DNA of 64,000 nt. It comes from Eledone cirrhosa (taxonomy: Eukaryota). The stretch spans positions 159,402,001 through 159,466,000 of the forward strand of contig OZ024742.1 in NCBI GenBank assembly GCA_964016885.1, read 5' to 3'. Position numbers and translations under genes: made by a program. Below are positions 13,472-27,039 of the stretch, one piece after another. Within the stretch, counting starts at the first letter, position 1. Each line of letters begins with the position of its first letter. Under the pieces are notes generated by a model. The model searched no databases. It saw only the letters and a program-made list of their open reading frames with translations, and was not told the DNA's origin.

Positions 13472-14065
13472 CCCCCTACACATAAATATAGTAACATTTT
13501 TAATAGAAATACTATTAAAATTTCTTACTCTATGACTCCTCACCTTGCACATAGCATCACAGCTTCAAATTTAGCTAAACTACCTAGCCGTAGGAACACG
13601 TGCAACCCTGTAGTTAGTACTAACTGTAATTGTAGGAATCGGGTTGATTGCCCCCTATCCGGGAAATGCCTCTCTAGTAACATTGTCTACAAATGTAAGG
13701 TTGTAACACCCACGTCCCGTAGGGCCTACATAGGGTTAACCGCCAATAGATTCAAGCAGCGTCTTTACATGCATACCCATTCTTTTCGTTACCCTCTAAG
13801 AAGGAATATGACGTCACTTTCAGCTTATATCTGGAGTCTTAAAGACAACCACACCCAATATAAATTACACTGGGAGATCCTAGCTAGGTCTAGATCGTAT
13901 AACGGAAATAAAAGACCATGTGACCTCTGCGCCGCTGAGGCCCTGGAAATACTCTACGCCACAGACCACATCTTAAACAAAAAATCTGAGGCAATTTCGG
14001 CTTGTAAACATAAATTGCACAAAACTTTCCTGTATTACAGCCCCACGTTATACCCTAACGGATAG
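13470..14065 (+). pseudogene. Penelope-like element C-terminus (linker + GIY-YIG endonuclease), Hydra-clade-like, 5'-truncated
   Basis: NIFNRNTIKISYS...CNCRNRVDCPLSGKCL..NIVYKC..AYIGLT..FKQR..H..CDLC..E..LNKKSE..CKH; starts at (TA)n; ~1-kb 3' region ends with HHR C. Confidence 0.85.
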
Positions 14066-14973
14066 TACGATCGATACGTGGATATTTTACGTCTTGATGT
14101 GGGAGCTAAGTATATGTTTTGTTTATACCTTTACTTATTTGCATAGGTAAGTATATATCACCCGTGTGTTTTGTGAAGGTACGTATACCTTCTCGTACGT
14201 ATATTTGATTGTTATGGCGTATAATTTTATATTTTCTGGTACATATGGTTTGGCTATGTGTATACGGGAGTTTTGCGTCTGTGTGAGTATGAAGGTTCGT
14301 ACGTATGTGGGTGTGTGTATATGTGTACTTCATGTTTTGGTTGACTTACGTCTCCGAACATTCGTGTATTTACATGTAGGTATGTGTGTGCGCTTGTTAT
14401 ATACGTATTTATTTATTTATATACGTTTATATAATTATTTATTTATTTGTATACACGCATACACACACACACATATTTATATGTGCGTGGTTTTGTATAC
14501 CTATGGTAAGTTTTTGCGTATGCTTGTGTATGTACGTATTTGTTTGCGTGTATGTATTTATTTATTTCTATTACTTCTGTATTGTATTTATTTACTTTGT
14601 TCTTAATTCTGTAGCGGAGATTCATTCGGTCTCCTAGTTAGAATTTTAGTCTACGACTTCTGCTATACCATTTACGTGGTTTTGTCTTTGCGTTTCTCCA
14701 CGCTCCACATATGACGTATTATCTTCGTTTTTTTTTCGTTCATTGCCAGAGAACGTCTCTATGCACCACCTAAGAGAACATTAGTCTACGACCTCTTTTA
14801 TACCATAAACGTGGTTCTGTCTTTGCGCGTAATTGTTTTTCACCGCTCCTATTAATGACGTATCTTATTCGTTTTTTCCCGTTCTTTGCCAGGGAACGTT
14901 TCCATGAACCAAAGTATCTTCTTCCTGTCTTCCTCCGGTTGCAACGTTTTTTGAAATATCCAGTTCTGCGTTT

Positions 14974-15049
14974 ACAGATTGACTTTGTTAGTTTCAGAAG
15001 ATCCCGTTAAGGGTGAAAGCAGCGATTCTTTGCTTAAACTTGAATCTGT
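14974..15049 (+). ncRNA. HHR-like motif family C in PLE 3' pLTR (CAGAAGA core)
   Basis: acagatt..gttt CAGAAGA tccc-gttaa-gggt GAAA gca..tgc TT aaac..aatctgt. Confidence 0.6.
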
Positions 15050-15175
15050 TATTTTAATAAATATTTGCTCTACGGTTCTTATATATTTGATATATATTTA
15101 TCCTTATCGAGCCCTCTTTGGATTTTAGTCTTCAAATTTATTATTATTACTATATATATATATATAGTAATAATA

Positions 15176-15206
<31 letters not shown>

Positions 15207-15210
<4 letters not shown>

Positions 15211-15328
15211 AAAATTTTCAAGATCCGGACGGCAGAGCTCAAGCCGTTTCGACGGCTATTTCTGGACGTCCAGAAATAGCCGCCGAAACGGCATGAGCTC
15301 TGCCGTCGGGGTCTTGAACATTTTTCTA
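15207..15328. repeat. Near-perfect palindrome built from the 3' half of an HHR (family D)
   Basis: Centre gacgtc (15265-15270); right arm has GAAA cggca-tgagctc-tgccg TC; no CTGANGA present. Confidence 0.75.
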
Positions 15329-15405
15329 TTACCCACTCTACTACCCTAAGCATTGAGTATTATGGTACGTTATGGTCCACCTGGTTCCTTACCACACTTC
15401 CTTCG

Positions 15406-15471
<66 letters not shown>

Positions 15472-15727
15472 TGTTGTTGTCTGTGTGTGTGTGTGTGTCC
15501 TCATTTTTGCAAAGACTATACAAATCCACTTTTCTACTCCGATTTACTTCAAACTTGCATTTATATATTCCTTGCGGTCTAAAGATACTCAATTTTCTGT
15601 TGTTAAAGGGGTGTTAGGCGCCGGTTATCGATCTTCGTCGAGCCCTTATAATATCTGTCTGTATGTCTGGCTGTCTGCATAACGACATTCTGACGAACAC
15701 GTCATTGCTGACGTATTATCTTCGCTA

Positions 15728-15797
<70 letters not shown>

Positions 15798-15940
15798 CAT
15801 ATATACTTATATGTACATACACATATATACATACACACACACATATATACACATATACACACACACACACATATATATATATACATATACAAACATATAC
15901 ACATATATATATACACATAAAAATATATGTATATATACAT

Positions 15941-16011
<71 letters not shown>

Positions 16012-16140
16012 CATACTCTCACACATATATATATGCATACATACACACACACACACACACACATATATATATCCAAGGATAACTTGAACCGTTAAGGTAT
16101 ATTCTCCTTGGTTATGTCAAAATTTATAAAAAACACTTCG

Positions 16141-16202
16141 TATTTTATCTGATGATAGCGTACCAAAATGTTTGGTACCCTTGAAATATATATAATAGAA
16201 TA
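16141..16202 (+). ncRNA. Type I hammerhead ribozyme, family B variant
   Basis: tattttat CTGATGA tagc-gtaccaaa-atg-tttggtac-cctt GAAA tatata TA atagaata. Confidence 0.7.
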
Positions 16203-16620
16203 AATATGGTTTTATAAATATAGTTTCCATTTATTTAATATCATTGTATATTTATATCTTTTCAGGTGGTAGGAGAAGGTGAGGAGTGGGATGGGTAGAG
16301 GTCATTGGTTGAAAGAAAAGGGAATTCATTAAAAGCTAATTCTTTAAGGCTATAATTTATATTTAGAGTAACAAAGGCAGAAAGAATTCTATAACAAGTT
16401 CAGAATGGAGTGCCATTCCTTATTTTTAAGTTTCTCTTAAGCTAACAATGCCTATATTTCAGGTGTCTATAAGATCGTTGGGGGGTCGGTCATGGTTGAT
16501 GGATTTAAAGAAAAGGGAAATTCTTTAAAAGCTAATTCTTTAAAGTTCTACTTAGAGTGACAAAGGCCAAGAGAATTCTATAAACCAGTTCAAAATATTG
16601 GGTGCCTATCATATCATTAT

Positions 16621-16732
<112 letters not shown>

Positions 16733-16787
16733 ACATATATATTTATACGCATATACTTATATATACATATATATACATATATATATG

Positions 16788-16855
<68 letters not shown>

Positions 16856-17092
16856 CACATATACACACACACATATATATATTTATATATAAATATAAAT
16901 TAGCAAGAATCGAAAAAAAACTTCCGAGATGTGTGGCAAGCGCTCAATGATTCAGATGAACCAGAGCTACAACATAGGCCAAACACACTGAGACGATGGT
17001 TAAACAATCATCCGCACAGTCATAAAAACGACCAAGTAATTCGGGTCAAACAAATAAAAGTATATGTGATTGAAAATTTATATATATATATA

Positions 17093-17967
17093 TATATGAA
17101 TAAAGTTAGTCCTTCATCAGTGATCTTCCAACCTTCATTGGTATTTCATCGCTTTAAAGACCATATACCTCCGGTTGGTGCGAGCAACGGCTAAAGAAAG
17201 TCGTTGGGACACGTAAATAAAGGGAACGAGCGAGAGTGTAAACAATCAAAGATGGTAATGCAACGAAAAGTGAGGAAGAAAGAGTCAAGTCCCAGATATC
17301 TATGAATGTAAGTTCGGTGAAATCGTGAACGAGAGAGAATAAGGACCATCAAACCTAGTTGAAATGTGAGCAAGGAAGGAATTCCGCACAGGTCAAACGG
17401 GAGGAAGAAGGAGTCTAGTCCCTGAATTCGGTGAACATAAGCTCTGTGAAATCGTAGACAAGAGAAAAAAATGAACAACCAGCCTGGTCAAGCGTGCGCG
17501 AGAAAAGAATTACGCACAGGTCAAACGGGAGGAAGTAGGAGAGGTAGTAGCAGAGAGTGAGTGAGTGAAGGGTGAGGAAGAGGCTAACAGAGAGAGTGAC
17601 TGTTAGAGGGGGTAAAGGGAGGTGAAAGATACAGAGGAAGCAGTAAGAACGAAATAGAGGGGTCACAGCGGAGGAAAATATATATGTGAATATGAAAACA
17701 AACGTGCTGCGTGGTTGCAAATGGGTTACATATGAATAAAGTTAGTCCTTCATCGGTGATCTTCCAACCTTCATTGGTATTTCATCGCTTTAAAGACCAT
17801 ATACCTCCGGTTGGTGCGAGCAACGGCTAAAGAAAGTCGTTGGGACACGTAAATAAGGGGAACGAGCGAGACTGCAAACAATCAAAGATGGTAATGCAAC
17901 GAGAAGTGAGGAAGAAAGAGTCAAGTCCCAGATTTCTATGAATGTAAGTTCGGTGAAATCGTGAACG
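17093..17967. repeat. Direct repeat of ~237 bp (17093-17331, 17730-17967) around a purine-rich spacer
   Basis: Two highly similar copies about 637 bp apart. Confidence 0.85.
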
Positions 17968-18079
17968 TGTATATATATATATATATATATGTATACACAT
18001 ATACACACACACATATATATACACACATATATATATACACACACACACACATATATATATATATAGACACAGACACACA

Positions 18080-18985
18080 CTTAGATATATTAATGTTAAT
18101 TCTAACCACCCCCAAAACATCACTGATAACTTAGTAAAAAGTGTCTCTATTAGAATCTCTGGCCTCTCTGCCAATGAAGATATATTTAACGCCTCTGCCT
18201 CCTACTACAATGACGCCCTCGCCCGCAGCGGATTTAAAGAAAAGATAACCTACCTAGAAACCACTGCAAGAATGCAGAGGAGGCATAGGCAGATTAGCTG
18301 GTACAACCCTCCCTTCAATAGAGAGGTCTCTACACCGATAGCTAGGATTTTCTTCACTTTGCTGAAAACACACTTCCCCATACAACATAGGTACTACACC
18401 ATCTTTAATAAGAACACAATAAGACTCTCCTACTCCACCACACCTAACCTAGCTAGAAATATAGCCAATCACAACTCTAAAAAATTAAATAAGCCAACCA
18501 CCTCCGAACCCAATCCCCGGACTGGGGCCTTGTGTAATTGCCTAAATAAGGAAGCCTGCCCACTTGAAAACAAATGCCTGACAAATGATATCGTATACAA
18601 ATGCGATGTCATCTCAGGCACCGATGATTGCAACAACAAAAAGAGTTACATCGACATGACTTCCAATAACTTAAGACCCGTTGGTATGCCCATACCCACT
18701 CCTTCAGAAGACCGGACAAATCAAACCAGACAACACTCGCTTCCTATGTTTGGGATCTCAAAAGGAACTCCACCCCTTCACGCTTAAATGAAAAAGCTTA
18801 AACAGAAAGCGCGCTCATACAACGGAGGACACAAGGGCTGCGACCTTTGTATCTCAGAGAGCTACGAAAATTTTATTCGCCAAGGGCCCGCTACTGAACA
18901 AACTCTCTGAACACTGTCCGAACTGCATGCACAAAAACTTTGCAACTTTCAAATACCTTAAGCCAGTGTTAATGCCCGATGGCTA
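18080..18985 (+). pseudogene. Penelope-like element (RT thumb + GIY-YIG), Hydra-clade-like, frameshifted and 5'-truncated
   Basis: YINVNSNHP..RISGLS..YYNDAL..SWYNPPF..IFNKNTIRLSYS..CNCLNKEACPLENKCL..IVYKC..SYID. Confidence 0.85.
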
Positions 18986-19340
18986 AAAACGACTTCCCCC
19001 TTTTTGTTTTTTTTGTTTTTAACGCCAGCCGACAAAATAGCCCCTCTACCTCCTTCCCACCCCACCCCTACCCCTCCTCAACCTGAAACACGGCCACTAT
19101 GGTTATGTAAGTACCTCTTACCTATCTGCATTTTATGCCTGTAGAGCTGTTTTTATATGCCTGTGTATATGCGTATATTTATGAGTACTTATTTGTAAGT
19201 ATTTATATGAGTGGCCGTTCGTTTGTATGCATATCGCTGTGTGTAGGTGCGTTCACATGTCATCTATGTGTGTATATTTACATGTATGTATATATGTATT
19301 TGTGTATGTGCAGTTTAACAGTCAGAGGTTCATCACTTCA

Positions 19341-19405
19341 TGACTGATGAACCTGTGGCTGTTAAACTGCACATTTCTGTGGCGAAACGAACTTAATTCG
19401 TATCA
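19341..19405 (+). ncRNA. Degenerate HHR family E in PLE 3' region
   Basis: tga CTGATGA...GAAA cgaa-cttaa-ttcg TA tca; stem II poorly closed. Confidence 0.45.
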
Positions 19406-19700
19406 GCAAACGTATAGTTATAAGGTTAGTAATTTAAAACTCTAATTCAGTGATTTGATTCTGACTTAGGTTTTTTCTATTTAATTGTTAAACCTGTAGA
19501 TATTGTTTTCTATACAGTAACGGTAAAAATCACTTGTAATAATTCTTTACACACATTTCACTGTGTAACACACTTCTATTTGCGTAATATATTTGTATCT
19601 GAGCTCAGAAGAGAATTCTCTATTCTTCTTTGAGCTAATATTATTATTATTATTGTGAACTGCGGAATACTCTTAATTCCGATCCTAGTATATGTGTGTG

Positions 19701-19769
<69 letters not shown>

Positions 19770-19851
19770 TTATTAAAATAACAGATTAAAGTTTAAGCAA
19801 AGAATCGCTGCTTTCACCCCTTTGGATTTTAGTCTTCAAATTTATTATTAT

Positions 19852-19852
<1 letters not shown>

Positions 19853-19932
<80 letters not shown>

Positions 19933-20063
19933 ATATATTTGTGTATATATATATATATATGTGTATATATATATGTATATATATATATATATGTATGTAT
20001 GTATATGTATATATATATATATGTGTGTGTGTGTATGTGTATGTATGTATGTATATATATATG

Positions 20064-20100
<37 letters not shown>

Positions 20101-20153
20101 GTATATATGTATATATATATATGTATATATATATATATGTATATATATATATG

Positions 20154-20184
<31 letters not shown>

Positions 20185-20253
20185 GTATATGTATGTATAT
20201 GTATATGTATGAGTATATGTAAATATGTATGTATGTGTGTGTATATGTATATG

Positions 20254-20326
<73 letters not shown>

Positions 20327-20435
20327 GTATGTGTGTATATATATATATATATGTATATATATGTATAAATGTATATATATATATATATATATATGTGTGT
20401 ATATATATATATGTATATATGTATATATATATATA

Positions 20436-20485
<50 letters not shown>

Positions 20486-20519
20486 TCTGTGTGTATATAT
20501 ATATATATGTGTATATATA

Positions 20520-20550
<31 letters not shown>

Positions 20551-20573
20551 GTGTATATGTGTATGTGTATATA

Positions 20574-20654
<81 letters not shown>

Positions 20655-20671
20655 ATGTATATATATATATA
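19853..20671. repeat. (TA)n/(TG)n compound microsatellite
   Basis: Direct inspection. Confidence 0.95.
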
Positions 20672-20979
20672 CCCCCTTTAACTGCTTCCTTGGAGTCGAC
20701 TGAAGCAGTGCAGTGCTATGCTACAAAACGTCATAACTTCTGGAGTTCGCAACCGATTTTCACAAAACTTGACACATGGGCTACGTTTGTTCTACAGGTG
20801 AATGTGAACTCTCAGAATTGACACATATTGAGTAGGGGACCCCTGGGGGCAGGAACCCCCTTTTGGAAAAAGCCGATGATTTTGTAAAAGTATAGTTTTC
20901 GAAGCAGCACTGAAGTATTGACATAAATGGTATACATAACTGCTATTTAATACCCGAGAAATGCCGGGTACCTCTGCTA

Positions 20980-20980
<1 letters not shown>
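20672..20980 (+). mobile_element. Non-autonomous Helitron-like element
   Basis: 3' hairpin tacccg..cgggta then ctctgCTAG|T, similar to the 13259 end. Confidence 0.6.
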
Positions 20981-21043
<63 letters not shown>

Positions 21044-21046
<3 letters not shown>

Positions 21047-21530
21047 AAACTATAATAAAGTAAGGAGTGCGGGACTGCGTCCAGAATATATTTTTTTATC
21101 CCGTTTGTAAAATAACTTGGGTTACTTTGAATAAATAATGAATGAATATTACATAATTTATCTACTAAATTTCGTTATTCTTGATTAAATATAAATAATT
21201 GTGTGGCTTATTTTGAGATTCACTTCTTTAAAATTTTCAAATGTCAACACTTCCGGTTAGCGATCGCGGAAATAAAAATTCATAAATTTCCGTCACTAAT
21301 TTTCTCCTAATGCAGTTTATATATAATATCGTCTTTTTTTAATGTATCATGGATTACGTTACTGATTACATAAGACAGTGTAACGCAGTCTTCGGTTAAT
21401 TTCTGTGTATATTATCAATTACGCTTTTTTTGATGTATCACATCTACATGCATATATACTTGCGTATAATATCAATATGCACACTACACATACTAGCAGA
21501 AAACCACCCGAAGGGTGATTTTTCTGCTAG
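21044..21530 (+). mobile_element. Non-autonomous Helitron
   Basis: A|TCtaaactataataaa ... hairpin ... ctgCTAG|T, canonical termini and AT target. Confidence 0.7.
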
Positions 21531-21620
21531 TATATATAATGCATAATCAAATTGGTCACGCATATACATAACATCTCAATGGCAAGAGATCGTTAAAGAA
21601 TATCATTCAGAAAAGCAAAT

Positions 21621-21950
21621 ATATATAGAACAGATTATACAAAATCACTGAAGAGTAGATCCCAGTAAAGTAGACTAAAAGAACACTTCACAAGCATCTT
21701 TCCTTGCCTGAAAAATAGAAAGCCTCAATAAATTCCCTGACAGCAGCTTCAAAACTGAAGAATAAGCCTAACCATTTTAATAGATTGAAATAGTCATCAT
21801 TAACAGAGCAATTTTTCCGAGAATTTAGTGAGGCTTCCTATTTTTATGTTGCTTTACTGTCCTTAGGGAAAGATGCTTGTGAAATGTTCTTTTAGAGTAC
21901 TTTACTGGGATCTATTCTTCAGTGATTTTTGTATCAGATATTCTATATAT
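21621..21950. repeat. Imperfect inverted repeat, ~115-bp arms
   Basis: aaaatcactgaagagtagatcccagtaaagta / tactttactgggatctattcttcagtgatttt and further matches. Confidence 0.85.
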
Positions 21951-22541
21951 ATATACACGCCTACAATGCTCCCAAAAAGCACAGTCATATGAATTCAATA
22001 CATGTTGGATGTGTGATGGACCTCCATTGTTCGCAACGATGATTGCTCCCGTTGATTCAATCATCAGAACTACCTGCTTGTGAAATTACCGTGTAATCGA
22101 CCGAACATTTCACAGACACGTGCACCTTTAACGTAATTCTCAAGAAGATTCAGCCTGACACAATGTGGGATATGTCTGGTCCATTGAATTTACAGGTACA
22201 ACTCATTTTTGAAGCAACATGCTGCTGATTCGAGAATCTGACGTCCTTGCGATCATGAACCGAACATCCTAACCTCTAAGCTATGCGACATCACGATAAA
22301 TCGCTTTGCTAAGTCGTCGGCTATCTTCAGTTGTATTTAAGTAATTCAGAAAATTCTCAATCTTAGGTTTCATAAAAATCCACCCATCCTTAGACCTTTA
22401 ACTACTGATGGAGTCGTAAGGTTACCTTCGTGATATACGGCGTATCTTGGACATTCTTCTCCATGTTTGAACATAGCCAATTTCTTCTAGAGAATGAGGA
22501 GACAGGAAGAGCAAGAGAGAGAGAGAGAGGTAGATAGAGAA

Positions 22542-22611
<70 letters not shown>

Positions 22612-23566
22612 TCTTACAAATAGTTAAAATACAGATACATTGCAGCGATATTTTTTCAATTGCTGATTCTAATATATCAGAGGCTCAATTTGCATTCGCC
22701 TTTATTGGATAAATTTATATTTGTTTTTTCATTGTAACATATCAATAGCGATCAATATAGACAAAAATTCCAATTTTCATTGCATCGAAATCGATCGATG
22801 ATTTATTAGCACCTACATAGATATAGTTTTAATCAATCAATATTTTGGCTTATTAATGCTAGCTGTTATTGTATCGATAAATATGTTGCTTGTACAGTAT
22901 TGTTTCGTTTAATACTGCAACAGTTTAATGTTCAGCTTCAACATTCTATTTTCCTTGGAAAGTATTTAGTGTATATGATGTTATTGTCTTTACAATCGCC
23001 TCGTTTCAACCTCAAACCTTATGATTGGAATTGGATAGAAGGAAACTGTAGAAACCCATCTGATAAGCTGTGCTTTGTAATTCAAATGTCTTTCAGACAT
23101 GTCAACTCTTCCCGTCCGACGGGGAGACCTCCCACCCACTTTCGGGTGGGTTAGAGATGTTTTCTCTTGTGAAAATGGGTATAGCTTTCATTCTGTAATA
23201 TCTCCCCATTTTGCCTCATTTTTCCCCGTTTTGGGGCATCTTTTTCATGATATTCCCCGTTTGGGTTTTTAGAGGTTGGCAGGTCTTTTCACATATTGTG
23301 TCATACTGATTCGGCTTGTGAAGTACGTTAACAGTACACGTGTCTGTGAAATACTCCGCCACTTACAAGTTGATTTAACGAACGTATCGGATGTTCAGTT
23401 GACATAATGTCTAAACGTGCACTCTTTTACTGGCATCAATCATTAGACTTCAGAGCAAGGGGTGGCGGATTGACTGGGCTGTAATCAAAGACCCCCCCCC
23501 CCCAGTATTCAAAGGGCACCATATATTTTTTTTTTTTGCTACATACATATGTACATACATACATAC

Positions 23567-24095
23567 ATGATGATGGCTGCAAACTCTGTTAAGAGTTTTG
23601 CAATCGCGTGTCAAATTATAGAGTTTGGTGCACTTTCAGGCTACGGCCAGCCACACTAACCTGTAATATATCCTGAACAAGCAACGTCTGTGCTTTGAAG
23701 GTTTTTTAAGTGAGGAAAGGCCTTGCACTTGACCAATCCCACTCTCTGAGCATCGAAAACACTACCCGAAAAGGAGAACTGGTCAATATCATCGGATGAT
23801 TCTGAAGTGGCAGGTTTTTTTTTCAGGGTTTCCCTCTCCTAGAAAGGTGTTGTGACAACAACTGGGGGCCTTTCACTCCCAGGTGGGAAAAAAAGTACTA
23901 TTTGGATGGCCGTTGACTCTGCTGAGTTCCTCCGACCTTTGCCGGGTCTTGTATTTCATCCCACAGGGTGTCCAAATATCACCCTCCTCAACAAGCACAC
24001 TTGGTGGGTTGCCAGTTTAGTCGCCCATGACCTGACCGTGAGGCAGGTTGTACTGGGTCACTTGTTACCAGTAGCACTCGAGAGCGATCTGACAC
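23567..24095 (-). mobile_element. Bipartite RTE-derived non-autonomous element
   Basis: Shares both the head (ggcgactaaactggcaacc) and the tail (gagtttgcagccatcat) with 1192-1850. Confidence 0.65.
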
Positions 24096-25514
24096 AACAT
24101 ACATACATACGTGTGGATGTGAGTGTGTTGTGTGTGTAAACGTGTGAGAAATGAAGTACCAGTCAAGTACTGGGTTAATTTAATCAACTTTGTCCTTGCA
24201 CTACGTTTCCTGGCCCTGTACCTAAATCAAAATCAGTACCGTATTAATGAAATATAAGGGGTATAAAATACCCCTTTGAAATATAATACTTCACATTTTA
24301 CCTTTCATACAAGTTTTACGCTATTTCACCGCGGCTCCTCGCACGATAATCTTATATTTCTTTTAGTTGTGTGTTTGCTATTCTAACTTACAAAGGCCAC
24401 ATGGGAAGAAATATATACGTATGTGTGTATGTGCGCGTGTTTGAGAGTGTATGTAAGTATGTATGTATGTAGGTAGGTATGTGGGTATGTATGTGTGTAT
24501 ATATATGTGTGTAGGTATGTAGGCATGTAGGTATATATATATATATATATATTTTATTTGAGATGTACCTTCACCCCAAATATCCCAGAAAAAATCAACC
24601 TGTGTCTTATAAACATAAGGTCAAGGGTTGTGATACTGACAAGTGATAGTTCAGGTAGTTGTAGTGTTCTCTTAAAATGAACAACTTTCTCACGAAACTG
24701 CTCGCCACAGTTATTAGTAAGGATTTTCTTTGGTTACAATATAATACATATCGACCCGTAACTCCTGACGGATCGTAGGAGCACCGTTGTGTCATACAGC
24801 TAGACCTTGGGCATTTAAAACCTGGCGGAGCCCATCCCCTGTCTGATTTGAACACAAGCGATTTCTTCCAGATCAGGAGAGAAGGCGTGATAGAGACGAA
24901 GTGAAAATGAAGAAGAATCGACCCCAATACTGTACTTTTTTATTCACATCGAAAGGATGAAAGTCAAGTTGACCTCGGCGAGAGACGAAACGAATACCGC
25001 AAAGCATTCTATCCGATGTTTTAACGATTCTGCCAAACCTTTGCCTATTAAGAGTAGTTACTTCGTATAATAACTAATAAGTAAATTATTAAGGAACTAC
25101 TTGTTACTGTCATATCGAATGAATAGAAGTAAACATATATATACGTACACCAGGTCTGAATACAGAGGAGCCAAACTCCCACTGTCATCGCCCCCATCTC
25201 TCTCGCCCTCCCCATCTCTCACGTACACCTGGTCTGAATACAGATGAGCCAAACTCCAACTGTGATCGCCCCCATCTCTCTCACCCTCCCCATCTCTCAC
25301 TATTATGTGCAAATGGGGCCATCTACAGCACCAGCGGACAGAATAGAAAAGGCGTTTCCCCGGAGGATGGTAAAGGTGATGCGCTGGAAGAGCCATTCCA
25401 TCTCGCGAAGCTCACCTGCGGCTAATCAGCTCAGCGCCTATGGTAGTGAGTAGGGAGGTAGCCCTAGAGCCAAGGACACCAGAAGTCTCCACTGCTAGGG
25501 GCTTGTGGATGCAT

Positions 25515-25675
25515 TATGGTTGAATGGTTAAGAAGTTCGCTTCGAAATCAGTAGGTCGCTGTTTCGATTCTATTGCGTAGAATCTTGGACAAATATCATT
25601 TATGATAGCTTAGTGTTGACTCAAGCCTTCTGGGGGGAAATTGGGTAGACAGAAGCTTTTTAGGAGTTCATCAGA
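25515..25675 (+). mobile_element. tRNA-derived SINE family 3, degenerate
   Basis: tggttaagaagttcgcttc..gtttcgattc head; related - strand copies ~8460-8600, 12515-12660, 54885-55010. Confidence 0.5.
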
Positions 25676-25896
25676 TGGTCTACTTTAATTCAGAGGGCCA
25701 GCCATGCCACTCACTGTATCACGTTGAATTTTTCTCGAGAATTATGCAAAGGGTACTCGTGTCTGTGAAATGCTTTGCCAGTTACATGTAAATTCCACGA
25801 GCAGGCTGTTTTTTTGATCGGACAAATGGAATAGTCATCGTCGAAACCAGCAGAGGTCCATTCCATTTCATATAAAATTATTCTTTCTAACACTGA

Positions 25897-26169
25897 CACT
25901 TAACCTCGGCGGGATTTGAACTCAGATCATAAAGGGACATAACTATGCTAGAAAGCATGGCGTCTGACCCTCTACCGATACTGCCAATGTAATATAATAT
26001 AATTGTTTCTACTTTAGACACAAGGCCAGCAATTACCCAGTGCATTACTGGTACTTTATTTTATCGACCTCGCAAAGTCAACCTCGGCGGGATTTGAACT
26101 CAGATCGTAAAGGGACGTAACTATACTGGAAGCATGGCGTCCGACCCTCTACCGATACTGCCAATCCAC
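25897..26169 (-). mobile_element. SINE family 1, two tandem partial copies
   Basis: Same A/B boxes as other copies. Confidence 0.75.
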
Positions 26170-27039
26170 TATAATATAATATAATATGATATGATATAAT
26201 ACAATTTGATATGATATAATATATGATGAATGCTAATAACTTATTTTATATGGTGATATTTACACAAAACTTAACTTTATATTCCATATTTTTATACCTT
26301 TGGTATACATATTTTAAACCTTTGTCATAATTCGGTGAGAAAAAGGTTGTTTTTTTTTTTTTCATGTAAAAAGAAACCATTATACAAGCACAACACGTCT
26401 ATCACATTAATATGCTTAATGTTCACTGATAAATAATATTCTAAAGTAAAAGAATAATAATAGCATAAAAAAAGGAAGTTAAACGAAATAATAGCGAATG
26501 TGGTAACATTTGAGTAACTTATGCAATCGAATCTCAGATTTCAACGATTTGTTGTATGACTTATTCTTTCGAGAGAGATATCACTATCACAATTTATGTT
26601 ATTTGACGCACGAAATAGTTTTTACATATTTATCTTCTTGTGTTGAAGGAGGATTGAACATGCGTCGGTATTCGGTCTGGTCTGATTAGAGAGGGATGGG
26701 CACTGCCAGGTTTGAAGTGACCATGTTACGTCGTGTATATGGACAACGCCACCACAACTCCACCAGGTGTTAAGGGGCCTTTACTTACTTCTTGTGGTGA
26801 CAATGTTGTCATTCTCTAACACTGAAAAAAAAAAAAATGGAAATTTCTCATTGTGTACAAAGAAATCACTCTACTGTACACAAACGTAAGCACATACATA
26901 TATGTATGTCTCTACCTGAAATTTCTGGTTGAGTCGTAGTGCCATAAGGTGTTTCTTGGGCATTTTTGAATCTGGCGAATCCATTTCCTCTTCAGCTCTG
27001 AACACAACCGTTTTCTTCCAGAGAGAGTGGCGGGGGATC

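Noticed and set aside
15688-15720. CTGACGA followed by hairpin acgtca/tgacgt
   Set aside because: No GAAA or stem I partner; at most an HHR remnant
21754-21805. CTGAAGA...GAAA in the spacer of an inverted repeat
   Set aside because: Stems I and II do not pair
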